A stretch of 64,000 bases of DNA, taken from an uncultured Nitrospinota bacterium. GTDB lineage: Bacteria; Tectomicrobia; Entotheonellia; J063; CAVPRW01. A model generated the notes under the pieces. The model had not been told where the DNA came from. It searched no databases and worked only from the letters and a program-made list of their open reading frames with translations. The stretch's first letter is position 1. Every line of letters starts with the position of its first letter. The stretch lies in the NCBI GenBank assembly GCA_963707985.1, contig CAVPRW010000032.1, positions 1-64,000 on the forward strand. The letters run 5' to 3'. The translations under genes were made by a program, and so were the position numbers. Shown here one piece after another: positions 1 to 7,980 of this stretch.

Positions 1-90
1 GGACACGTGGTACTGCCGACAACTGCTGGTTGCCCTCCCCGCCTACTATGGTACGGGACATAATGAACATGCACACCACCATGACGGAAG

Positions 91-500
91 CTACGGAATC
101 ACGTCGAATGGATGCTGACCGTCGATGCGATAGGCATAAAAGTGACGGTCCAAGGTGAAGATACGGCGGAGTTGGCACCGCTCGGCAGCCGTGACCAGCG
201 ACGCATCGGCAAGGTCCATGGGGCGTCGTGATACTGCTGCATGAGCGTCCGTCTCCGCTCCCATTCGGTGGCTGCGGGGATGTGCAAGACGACCAGACCG
301 TCTGCCAGATACCCCCACAGTTCGTCTTGGGCCGGCAGCCCGCCTGCCCGCCACAGCAAGTACATGGCTTCGGTGAGACAGGGCCATGTGGTCAGTAAGG
401 GCTGTGCGGGCAGCGTCTGGAGTGCCGCTACACACCGGGCGTGGTGGGGATCGTCACGATCTACCAACGCCACCAAGGGGCCCGTGTCACAGAGCGTCAC
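91..500 (-). CDS. vapC: PIN-domain (VapC-type) toxin, split by a 1-nt frameshift near 220
   Basis: TLCDTGPLVALVDRDDPHH...TTWPCLTEAMYLL in one frame continues as MDLADASLVTAAE...IFTLDRHFYAYR in another. The switch is at a C run (GACGCCCCATGGAC). The GTG start overlaps the antitoxin TGA. Confidence 0.85.
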
Positions 501-781
501 AAGTGCCCCGCTTTCCGCTTCGCTTCCACGTAGTCCGTGAACTTCTCGCCGCATGCCTCCGACAAACGGTCGGCACCACCGCTCCGGATGCGCCCGACCC
601 GCCCAGCGAAGAGATCTGCCAGCGTTTTGGGGGCCTTCGCAGGCGCATCATGCGTGCCTGCAGTCTCTGCGGCTGGTGGCAGGTGTGCGGCGATCCATCC
701 GAGCGGCGTGGTGCCACACGCCTCAGCTGCGGCCTGCAGCGCCGTATACAATTCATCGGGGATTTCAAGTAAATGACTCAT
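497..781 (-). CDS. Putative antitoxin (VapB-like, N-terminal RHH/CopG-like segment)
   Basis: 94-aa ORF MSHLLEIPDELYTALQAAAEACGTTP..., AGGAGG RBS, translationally coupled (GTGA overlap) to the PIN toxin. Confidence 0.75.
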   Translation of the reverse strand: MSHLLEIPDELYTALQAAAEACGTTPLGWIAAHLPPAAETAGTHDAPAKAPKTLADLFAGRVGRIRSGGADRLSEACGEKFTDYVEAKRKAGHL

Positions 782-797
782 GCACTCCTCCTGCTTC

Positions 798-827
798 ATC
801 TTAGCAAGCGGGAAGATAGCTTGTCGA
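798..827 (-). promoter_or_regulatory. Putative sigma70 promoter/operator of the TA pair
   Basis: Minus strand TCGACA-N18-TAAGAT with TGn extended -10. The inverted repeat CAAGC-N9-GCTTG overlaps the spacer. Confidence 0.5.
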
Positions 828-888
828 GCAGTGTTTGCCTTACTGAACTGACACTTTGTACAACGCCTGGGGTAGTGGCCTAGACATA

Positions 889-901
889 ATGACTTCCGAT
901 G
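889..901 (+). repeat. Left subterminal inverted repeat of the IS1111-type element
   Basis: ATGACTTCCGATG, perfect reverse complement of 3170-3182. Confidence 0.9.
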
Positions 902-995
902 GGTAGGCTGACCCCGAGTGCATCGCGGGTTCGCTTACCGGAACCAGAACCGCATCCTGTCGCCAACAGGCATGCCACATACTCGGAGGTCAGCC

Positions 996-2118
996 ATGCC
1001 ACAGTCTAGCACGCTCTACGTCGGAATGGATGTCCATAAAGAGTCCATCGCGGTCGCCTATGTCGCCCAAGATCATGGCGCCGAGGTCGTCTCCCTCGGC
1101 ACGATCGGGACCCGGCAGTGTGATATCGACAAGCTGATCCGGCAGCTGCAGTCGAAGAGCCCGCAGCTCGTCTTCGTCTACGAAGCCGGTCCCTGCGGCT
1201 ACTGGCTCTATCGCTACCTGATGAAAAAAGGCTACGTCTGCTGGGTCGTCGCTCCCTCCTTGATTCCCAAAAAGGCGGGCGACCGGGTCAAGACCGACCG
1301 GCGTGACGCCATGCAACTGGCCCGGCTCATGCGCTCAGGGGACCTCACGCCCGTGTATGTCCCCGCCGTCGACGATGAAGCCATCCGCGACCTGCAGCCG
1401 GGCGCGTGAAGATACCCTCCGGGATCTCAAGGCGGCCAAGTTGCGGCTCAAAGCCTTCTTGCTGCGGCACGATATCCGCTATACGGGCCGGGCCAACTGG
1501 AGCCCGGCCCACCTGCGCTGGCTCAGCGAGGTGGTCTGTCCCACCCCGGCGCAGCAAATTGTCTTTCAGGAATACGTCCAGACCGTCACCGAACAGACCG
1601 AACGGCTGGGCAGCGTCTGGAACACGAACTCCACGAGCAGGTGCAAACCTGGCGCTTCGCGCCCGTGGTCGAGGCTCTCCAGGCCCTGCGTGGCGTCCAG
1701 TTCACCGTCGCGGTGACCACGGTGGCGGAACTAGGAGACCTGACGCGCTTCGATAACCCCAGACAACTGATGAATTATCTGGGGCTCACACCCTCGGAAT
1801 ATTCGCGTGGGGGACGTCGTCAACAGGGCGGCATGACCAAGACGGGCAATACCCATGCGCGTCGTGCTCTGGTCGAAGGCGCCTGGGCGTATCGGTATCC
1901 GGCCAAGGTCAGTCGTCACCTGCCAACTGCGCCTGGAAAAGCTCCCCACAGCGATCCAGGCGATCAGCTGGAAAGCCCAGGTCCGGCTCTGCAAACGGTA
2001 TCGCCACCTGATGGCCAAAGGCAAACATGCCAACCAGGTCGTGGTGGCCATTGCCCGGGAATTGAGTGCCTTTATGTGGGCCATTGCCAAGCAAGTTGCT
2101 GTGAGACCCAAAGCATAA
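996..2118 (+). CDS. IS110-family DEDD transposase/recombinase, three frameshifts (~1395, ~1610, ~1923)
   Basis: [15 protein letters not shown]...VYEAGPCG...KTDRRDA (RuvC-like DEDD), then [23 protein letters not shown]...[27 protein letters not shown] and [25 protein letters not shown]. Confidence 0.92.
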
Positions 2119-2163
2119 AGACGGCTGCTGGTGGCAGCCAAAGCTCTTCAGGATTCCCACGTG

Positions 2164-2339
2164 CATCGGAAGAGGCGCAGCCCCGGTGTGGTGTAACCCT
2201 CGGCGGCGTTACGAGGCCGACAGGTACGCTCGTCCCTAGAATGAGGCAGGCACCCGACGGATACAAGTAAGGTGGTAGCCAACCCACGGATATCAGCATG
2301 ATCAACCGTCGTGTCTTACTGGCTCCGGCTCTTCCGATG
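2164..2339 (+). ncRNA. Putative seekRNA/bridge RNA of the IS1111-type element
   Basis: Non-coding region 3' of the transposase, closed by an 11-bp stem (2164-2174 with 2329-2339). Segments resemble both sides of the attC target: 2188-2197 (8/10) and 2203-2211 (8/9). Confidence 0.6.
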
Positions 2340-2392
2340 GACTACGTGAAACAGGAGGAAAACAATGTAAAAAAATCGGTGGCTCACTCTTG

Positions 2393-3168
2393 AGTGGGTA
2401 GGGACAGGACGCACAGCCAAACTGTGTTTTCCCATCCCCCCCGTTGCCACCGTGCATGCGACTTTCACCGCACACGGCGACCGCCTGCCAGGACCATTAC
2501 CGTCGTTTCCTTTCCGCCTCCCAACCAGGATTCCCTGGTATACAGGGGCGAAATAGTACGTCGACGCACCTGACAAGCTGTCGCCCTTCCCCATGTGGAC
2601 GGCTTTCCCGCCCTCAGAGTACTATGGCGACGCTGACTCCCTCCTGACGCATCCGAGGTTTTCTGGAGGTGTTTCCAACTCCTTACTTCCGCTCTCGTTA
2701 CCATCGTCAGAAGGGCCTCCCAAGTTCCTAGTGATAGACTCCACGAGACCATGTAGGTGGCGGTTATCTGACAACCTGTCCCCGCATATCGCGGCTCCTC
2801 AGTGGACATGGGGTACATCAGGTTTACCCATGTCATCCTTTTGGCGGCTATCATAGAGTAAGCCGCCACGGTGTGGGAGATGACGATGTCATACATCTCC
2901 TACCACTGACTGGTCCCATCAGGCAAAGTCTTGAGACAGGGGTCGACGTTCCCCGTAGGTTGAAATCCGCTTCGTTTGAACTCACCAGATGATCTCTCAG
3001 CCAAGCCGGGCCTCTTGGCGGTTTGCCTCGCGCCTCACCCGTACCTTTCAGGGGCATGCTGCTCACAGGGACGGAGCGTCCGATCCTGCTTAGCCCCAAC
3101 GGCTCATCGCCTGCCTGTACAGGCGATGGGGATTTCCTCCCATTCCATCACTAAGCTTCTTGGCGCAC
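2393..3168 (-). ncRNA. ORF-less group II intron (776 nt)
   Basis: 5' end GTGCG (3168). DIII-like CATAGTACTCTGAGGGCGGGAAAGCCGTCCACATGGGGAAGGG. DV GTCGCCGTGTGCGGTGAAAGTCGCATGCACGGTGGC (~2446-2481). DVI ends CCCTACCCACT with a bulged A. EBS1 hairpin 2876-2900 is complementary to the exon junction. Confidence 0.9.
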
Positions 3169-3169
3169 A

Positions 3170-3182
3170 CATCGGAAGTCAT
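3170..3182 (-). repeat. Right subterminal inverted repeat of the IS1111-type element
   Basis: CATCGGAAGTCAT on the + strand. Confidence 0.9.
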
Positions 3183-3185
3183 AGC

Positions 3186-3263
3186 AACGCTGCGCCTCAG
3201 CTGCTGCCGAAAGCGGGAGCGCAGCGGACGCTGGAGGCAGTCAGCTGCAGGCGGTTGTTCGGC
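3186..3263 (-). other. attC site (cassette 4), R' box interrupted by the IS
   Basis: Minus strand GCCGAAC-AACCGCCTGCAGCTGAC...CAGCTGAGGCGCAGC-GTT. The missing AGGC lies at 878-881. Confidence 0.88.
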
Positions 3264-3301
3264 GGCGCCCTCTTGGTGGTCGCCGTCACGCCTGTGGCGC
3301 C

Positions 3302-4474
3302 TTACATCCCGGAGCCGTGCAACGTCTCCAGCACTTCAAGCGCTCGGGACAACCCAGCCTCGACATCCAGCCCGGCCGCAAAGGTGCGCGCACGCGCGTG
3401 CAGGGCGTCGTCCGCCAGGGCGGCCACGAGCGTCCGGCGCAGCTCCTCCGGGGAAGCCGTCATCGACGCGACGCGGCCCAGCCCCAGGCGCTCAACACAC
3501 CCGCTGACGGCGTATTGGTCGCCGCCCATCGGCGTGCAGACCATCGGCACGCCCGCCGTGACGGCCGCCATCACCGTGCCGTGGCCCGCGTGCGTCACCA
3601 CCAGGCGCGTCTGCGCCAAGACCGCAGCGTGCGGCACGAACGGCTCCGCGACCACGTTGGGGGGCAGGCGCAGTTCGTCCGCTGCGATCCGAGGCCCCAG
3701 GGTCATCAAGACGCGGACCGGGAGCGGCGCGACCGCCTCCGCGACGCGCTGCAGCGTCGGCACCTGGTTCTGGAAGCTCGTGCTGTAGCTCACCAGGATG
3801 AGCGGCCGCGTGTCCTCTGGCGGCCATGGCCAGGGATAGGGGGGGAGCGGCTGCGGCAGGCAGGCCAGGGGCCCGACGTAGTGCACGTGCCGGGGGACAT
3901 CCGGAAGGCGCGTGTCGAACGCCGCATACGTAAATGCCAGGATCGCGTGCGCTTGCTCCATGCTGTGGCGCACGTCGGGGACCCGCGCCAGGCCTCGCTG
4001 CACCCGGAGGACGTTGAGGGGGTCGAGCACGGCGGCACTGGTCGCGGGGGGGGTGCTCATCCAGGCCCCATATATCGTGTGCCAGAGCAGCGCAGTGGGG
4101 AGCCCGGTGGACTCGGCCGCCACGGCCGCCGCCATGAGCATGCGGTCCACCAGCAGCACGTCGGGCGCGAAGCGCCGTACCTCCGTGAGGAGGTCGTCCC
4201 CGTACGTGGGGTTCAGATAGGTCATGCGGATCAGCCGGTCGAACTCCCTCTCGCGCGACGTCGTGTCGCGCCGGATGGTGCGGTCCCGCGGCGCCACGGT
4301 GTGGTAAGGGCCGTACTCGGCGCCTGCGGCGGTGATCTGGGGGGCGAGGTCCGCCTCCTGGAGGACGCGCACGGTGTGGCCGCGCTGCGCGAGGGCGCGG
4401 ATGAGGGCCAGCTCGGGCGGCCAGTTGCCCGACGCGTTCAAGGTGACCACCAGAAATCGTCGTGTGCTGTGCAT
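3302..4474 (-). CDS. GT1-family (UDP-glycosyltransferase/MGT-like) glycosyltransferase, gene cassette
   Basis: ASGNWPPELALIRALAQRGHTV N-terminus and FVPHAAVLAQTRLVVTHAGHGTVMAAVTAGVPMVCTPMGGDQ UDPGT signature; bounded by attC sites. Confidence 0.88.
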   Translation of the reverse strand: MHSTRRFLVVTLNASGNWPPELALIRALAQRGHTVRVLQEADLAPQITAAGAEYGPYHTVAPRDRTIRRDTTSREREFDRLIRMTYLNPTYGDDLLTEVRRFAPDVLLVDRMLMAAAVAAESTGLPTALLWHTIYGAWMSTPPATSAAVLDPLNVLRVQRGLARVPDVRHSMEQAHAILAFTYAAFDTRLPDVPRHVHYVGPLACLPQPLPPYPWPWPPEDTRPLILVSYSTSFQNQVPTLQRVAEAVAPLPVRVLMTLGPRIAADELRLPPNVVAEPFVPHAAVLAQTRLVVTHAGHGTVMAAVTAGVPMVCTPMGGDQYAVSGCVERLGLGRVASMTASPEELRRTLVAALADDALHARARTFAAGLDVEAGLSRALEVLETLHGSGM

Positions 4475-4611
4475 AGCCCTCCCTTTGCATCGCCGCTCTT
4501 ATTGCAACCAGTCCTCTGCCTTACCGTCCGACTCCTCGGATGTCCTGTCCGAGGATGCGATAACCTCACTCGAGGTAATCAAACATTCCGGCCCGAGGAG
4601 TCCCTGACGCC

Positions 4612-4685
4612 GCCGAACGCTCCCGGTGAGCTGACGAGCAAAACGCGCCAGCGTTTTGCCCGTCAGCTCCACTGGGTTGTTATGC
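4612..4685 (-). other. attC site (cassette 3)
   Basis: Minus strand GCATAAC...GAGCTGACGGGCAAAACGCTGGCGCGTTTTGCTCGTCAGCTC...GTTCGGC. The TIR gene stop codon lies within R''. Confidence 0.9.
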
Positions 4686-5633
4686 CGTATTGTGGCTTTC
4701 ACGGTGGGGCGAATCATCGACCATGTCGGCCACAAGTTTTCCGTAAAGAACGCTGGCAAGCTCTGTCGGATTTGACTGCCATTTCAAGTATGCAATGGAA
4801 GTCGAAAGGCCTGGCAGATCGACATCATGGATCTTGATGGGAATGATGTACGTCCCCCCCGAATCGTTTATAGCCTTATCCAATGCAGCCCTTCGTTCCT
4901 GATTGGTCCATGGGCCGGCTTTGTATTCTTCGGACACCAGAAGGACACAGTATCGCGATTCGCTGTTATAGATCTTATAAAGCTCTTCTGCCAGGTTCTT
5001 TCCAACGATAGTCATTGTTTCAAACTCATTAAAGAAGACGTGGCAGCCTCTGCCTTTAAGAGCATTCGCCAAATCACGGGCCTTCGTACGCTGCACGCCC
5101 GAGAATGAAAGGGCGAAATCATATTTCGTATCGCTCTCCTGCCTAATCTGCTGGTCCAGGGTGTGTCGGGAGATGATTTCAGTATCGAAATACTGTAGTC
5201 GTTTTGCCAGCACGAGTTCTTCGATTTTTTGGATGTTGCTCACGACGTACTCGTGAATGTCAGTCATTGAGAACTGCGCCCTTGCGACCTGGAAGTAGCG
5301 GGAAAAGTGATCGCGAATTGGGGTCGGGAAGGACGCGACTTCCTTCTCCTCATCCATACTCAGAAGCAAGACATACACAATCCATGGTGCTCGGGCTCGC
5401 GTAGAGAGAATGAACCGCAGCATTCTGAGCAGGTCAAACTCAAACACGCTTGAGTGAGCGATAATCACGTCCGGGGAATGCTGGTTGTGACCGCCCTGCA
5501 TGAGGTAGTCGTCCCGCCCCCACCTAGATGCGCTAATCACTGAAAAGGCGTACCTTCCAGCATCGAACTGATTGCGATCATCGTAGGGATCCGTCATGGG
5601 TAGTAGGCTGCTATGAAGAATGTGGATGTCCAT
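4680..5633 (-). CDS. TIR-domain protein (C-terminal TIR_2), gene cassette
   Basis: KYDFALSFSG..R..A..LA..LK..G..VFF.EF...SRYCVLLVSEEY...PWTNQER...YIIPIKI....LPGL; lower GC than flanks. Confidence 0.85.
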   Translation of the reverse strand: MDIHILHSSLLPMTDPYDDRNQFDAGRYAFSVISASRWGRDDYLMQGGHNQHSPDVIIAHSSVFEFDLLRMLRFILSTRARAPWIVYVLLLSMDEEKEVASFPTPIRDHFSRYFQVARAQFSMTDIHEYVVSNIQKIEELVLAKRLQYFDTEIISRHTLDQQIRQESDTKYDFALSFSGVQRTKARDLANALKGRGCHVFFNEFETMTIVGKNLAEELYKIYNSESRYCVLLVSEEYKAGPWTNQERRAALDKAINDSGGTYIIPIKIHDVDLPGLSTSIAYLKWQSNPTELASVLYGKLVADMVDDSPHRESHNTA

Positions 5634-5658
5634 TTCTATCTCCCGGATCGTGTCAACG

Positions 5659-5717
5659 GCATAACGCTAGGTATGAGCCGCGCGGTTTACCGCGTCGGCT
5701 CCACGCCCTTGTTCGGC
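5659..5717 (-). other. attC site (cassette 2), 59 bp
   Basis: Minus strand GCCGAAC-AAGGGCGTGGAGCCGACGCGGTAAACCGCGCGGCTCATACCTAGC-GTTATGC. Confidence 0.88.
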
Positions 5718-5837
5718 CTTGGAGCGTATTCATCACGTAGCAACTGATGCATACTCCGGTCGACTGCTACGGCCATCGAAGTTAACCAAAGGTCCGCTAT
5801 CGGACAACGCGTACTCCGCAATCTGCAGAACGCGGTC

Positions 5838-6539
5838 TTATCGTGGCGTCGTTCCCGAGGGAGGGGATGCCGGCGGCGAGGTCGGCGATCTCGACTGCTG
5901 CTCGCTGGAGGCGATTCGCTCGCTTACACTTCGCTGCACAAAAGATCCTATAAACGCGCCGAGCGTTAGTTTCGCCAGATCGAAAAATTGGGGGCTCAGC
6001 TTTTCATCCGAAGTCCACAGTGAGAGCAGGCTGAAGGCCATCGTGATGGCGATCGTTGCGAGGGGCAGTCCAGAGAGTCCAACCTTGATGAAGGTGCCAA
6101 CTGCTCCAGTAAGGCTACTCAGGCGAATGTAGTCATCGATAGCAGTCGTGTTGTTCGACAGTAGTATCTGGCTTAGGAGTATGTAATCTTGCCGAGGAAT
6201 CACCTCCCTTCTTGCGGTCCCGGCGGTCCTTAATAGCGCATAGCCGATCGCTGGTCCAAAGAGAGAAGCGAGAAGCAGGAAGAATGGGACTAGGAGTTTC
6301 GACGCGAAATAGCTAACTAACGCCGGCCCCTCTTGTGCAATATTGATCACAACGTCAGATGATAGCTCTCCTCTCGCCTGCCACAGTGTGTAGATCATGA
6401 CAGCGAGTGCTATGAGAGAGACGATGAAGAACAGTAGGCCCCCCATTTCAAGGCCCCGCGAACTCAATTGTGCTTGCGCGATGAAGTCCCTCCGCCCACC
6501 TACCTGACCGGTGTCTATCGCTAATTCTCCGTTGGGCAT
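5838..6539 (-). CDS. Hypothetical multi-pass membrane protein, gene cassette
   Basis: ORF with 3-4 hydrophobic segments between two attC sites. Start chosen at MPNG after GGGGGA; the ORF is open up to 6614. Confidence 0.7.
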   Translation of the reverse strand: MPNGELAIDTGQVGGRRDFIAQAQLSSRGLEMGGLLFFIVSLIALAVMIYTLWQARGELSSDVVINIAQEGPALVSYFASKLLVPFFLLLASLFGPAIGYALLRTAGTARREVIPRQDYILLSQILLSNNTTAIDDYIRLSSLTGAVGTFIKVGLSGLPLATIAITMAFSLLSLWTSDEKLSPQFFDLAKLTLGAFIGSFVQRSVSERIASSEQQSRSPTSPPASPPSGTTPR

Positions 6540-6744
6540 CGCTTCCCCCATTTTTCGAAATGAGATTCCTATAGCTGACATTGCCACGCGAGCCGAAACG
6601 GTCAGCTGATTCAAGATAAAGCGAATTATCTCAAACGAAATGCAAGATCATATTTGTGTGAAAGATTCGACCCTGCTCGGGGTATCTCCGTAGGAGCCTC
6701 CACTGTGCATGATGACGTCCTGTGCCATAGCAAATCTCTCACCA

Positions 6745-6827
6745 GCCGAACGCTGGCGGTCAGCCGCGCCTGGAAGCGGAAGCGCAGCGGACGCTGGAAG
6801 GCGTCGGCTTGCAGTGCGTTGTTCGGC
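6745..6827 (-). other. attC site (cassette 1), 83 bp
   Basis: Minus strand GCCGAAC-AACGCACTGCAAGCCGACGCCTTCCAGCGTCCGCTGCGCTTCCGCTTCCAGGCGCGGCTGACCGCCAGC-GTTCGGC. Confidence 0.9.
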
Positions 6828-6923
6828 TCAGACTCTGCGAGAGGTTCTGCCCACGGACGGGCACCTTTCTTTATAGCTCCGAGGGCCATTGACTCTGCCT
6901 CCCGTGTGCATGGCGACCTGCAC

Positions 6924-7925
6924 TCAGCGGATAATCTCGTCTGCCTGGAACAGGACCATGGGCGGCATCGTCAGCCCGAGCGCCTGCGCGGTCTTGAGAT
7001 TGATGACCAGCTCGTATTTGGAAGCCTGCTCCACCGGTAGGTCGGCTGGTTTGGCGCCCTTGAGGATCTTGTCGATGTAGGTCGCGGCGCGCCGGGTTAG
7101 TTCAACGGAATCCGTCGCGTAACTCATGAGGCCGCCCGCCTCCACGTTTCCCTGCTCCCGAACATCGCCGGCAAACGATGCTTCAGCGAGAGCTCAGCGA
7201 GACGCGCGCGCTGCGCGCGAGTGATCGGCGATGCCACGCGAGCACGCCGTGCACACGTTCTCGCGCCATCATCGCGAAGGCTCCATGAGGATCCTCGGGT
7301 GTTCGCACGGCACCGTAAGGACCGGAACCCCAAGCTGTGGGGCAGCAGCCTCGAGGGCGTGCGAGGCAGGACGGTGCGAGGGCGCCGTCACGTCAACACC
7401 ACGCCGACCCGCGTCATGGACGGTAGGGCCTGCTTCATGAGCTCGAGTTCCTCGGTCACGAGCTCGGTGGGAGGGGCGTCGACAGCCCCGTGAGTTGCCG
7501 CCCGGCCGCGCAAGGCCAGCCACGTGGCCGAGACTGACGGGGTCGGCGTGCTTCGCGAACACTATCGGGATCGTCGTGGTGGCCTGTCGGGGCGGCCTCC
7601 ACCTCCGTCCGAAGACGTCGCGAAGATGACGTCGACGTGCAGGCGGACCAGGTCGGCGGCGACTTCGGACAGCCGATCGGCGCGTTTTTCCGCTGATCGA
7701 AATATAAGGATCATGTTTGTCTTGCCCTCGACATAGCCGAGGAAGATCCGCAGGCCCCTCCGCAGGGCTTCTATCCGGTTTTCCCAGGCAGCCGGAGAAC
7801 CTCCGGAGATCAGATACCCGATCTGGTGGACCTTCGCGGGCTGTTGCGCATGGGCGGCGAGCGGCTCGGTGAGCAGCGCGATGCTAAGCAGCAGGAAGGG
7901 CGAGAAACATGCAGGCGCTTTTCAC
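6924..7925 (-). pseudogene. Degraded ABC transporter substrate-binding protein (ABC_sub_bind type), first cassette
   Basis: Fragments in shifting frames: AAHAQQPAKVHQIGYL, LGYVEGK, ATTTIPIVF, LARPGGN, LKHRLPAMF, EAGGLMSY...RAATYIDKILKGAKPADLPVEQASKYELVINLKTAQALGL. Confidence 0.85.
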
Positions 7926-7980
7926 GCGTGACCAGCCCTCTTGCCCTTCGTTAGTCTCACAGCACTATTTCTCCCAGGAG

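Larger units (their letters stand above)
882..3185 (+). mobile_element. IS110-family (IS1111-type) insertion sequence inserted in an attC R' box and interrupted by a group II intron
   Basis: 13-bp IRs ATGACTTCCGATG (889-901) and CATCGGAAGTCAT (3170-3182) lie 7 and 3 nt from the ends. Removing the element restores GCCT|AAC (minus strand GTTAGGC). No target duplication; DEDD transposase inside. Confidence 0.9.

Noticed and set aside
2393..3168. Calling the intron a classical group IIC-attC intron
   Set aside because: It is inserted 17 nt beyond the attC GTT, inside IS sequence. It has a full-length DV and a 6-8 nt EBS1 match, unlike class C.
2316..3507. Short ORFs in the track overlapping the intron and attC4
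   Set aside because: They are readings of structured non-coding sequence, with no RT (YADD) or maturase motifs.
3317..4837. 506-aa plus-strand ORF
   Set aside because: Antisense shadow of the GC-rich glycosyltransferase; low-complexity Arg/Gly/Ala composition.
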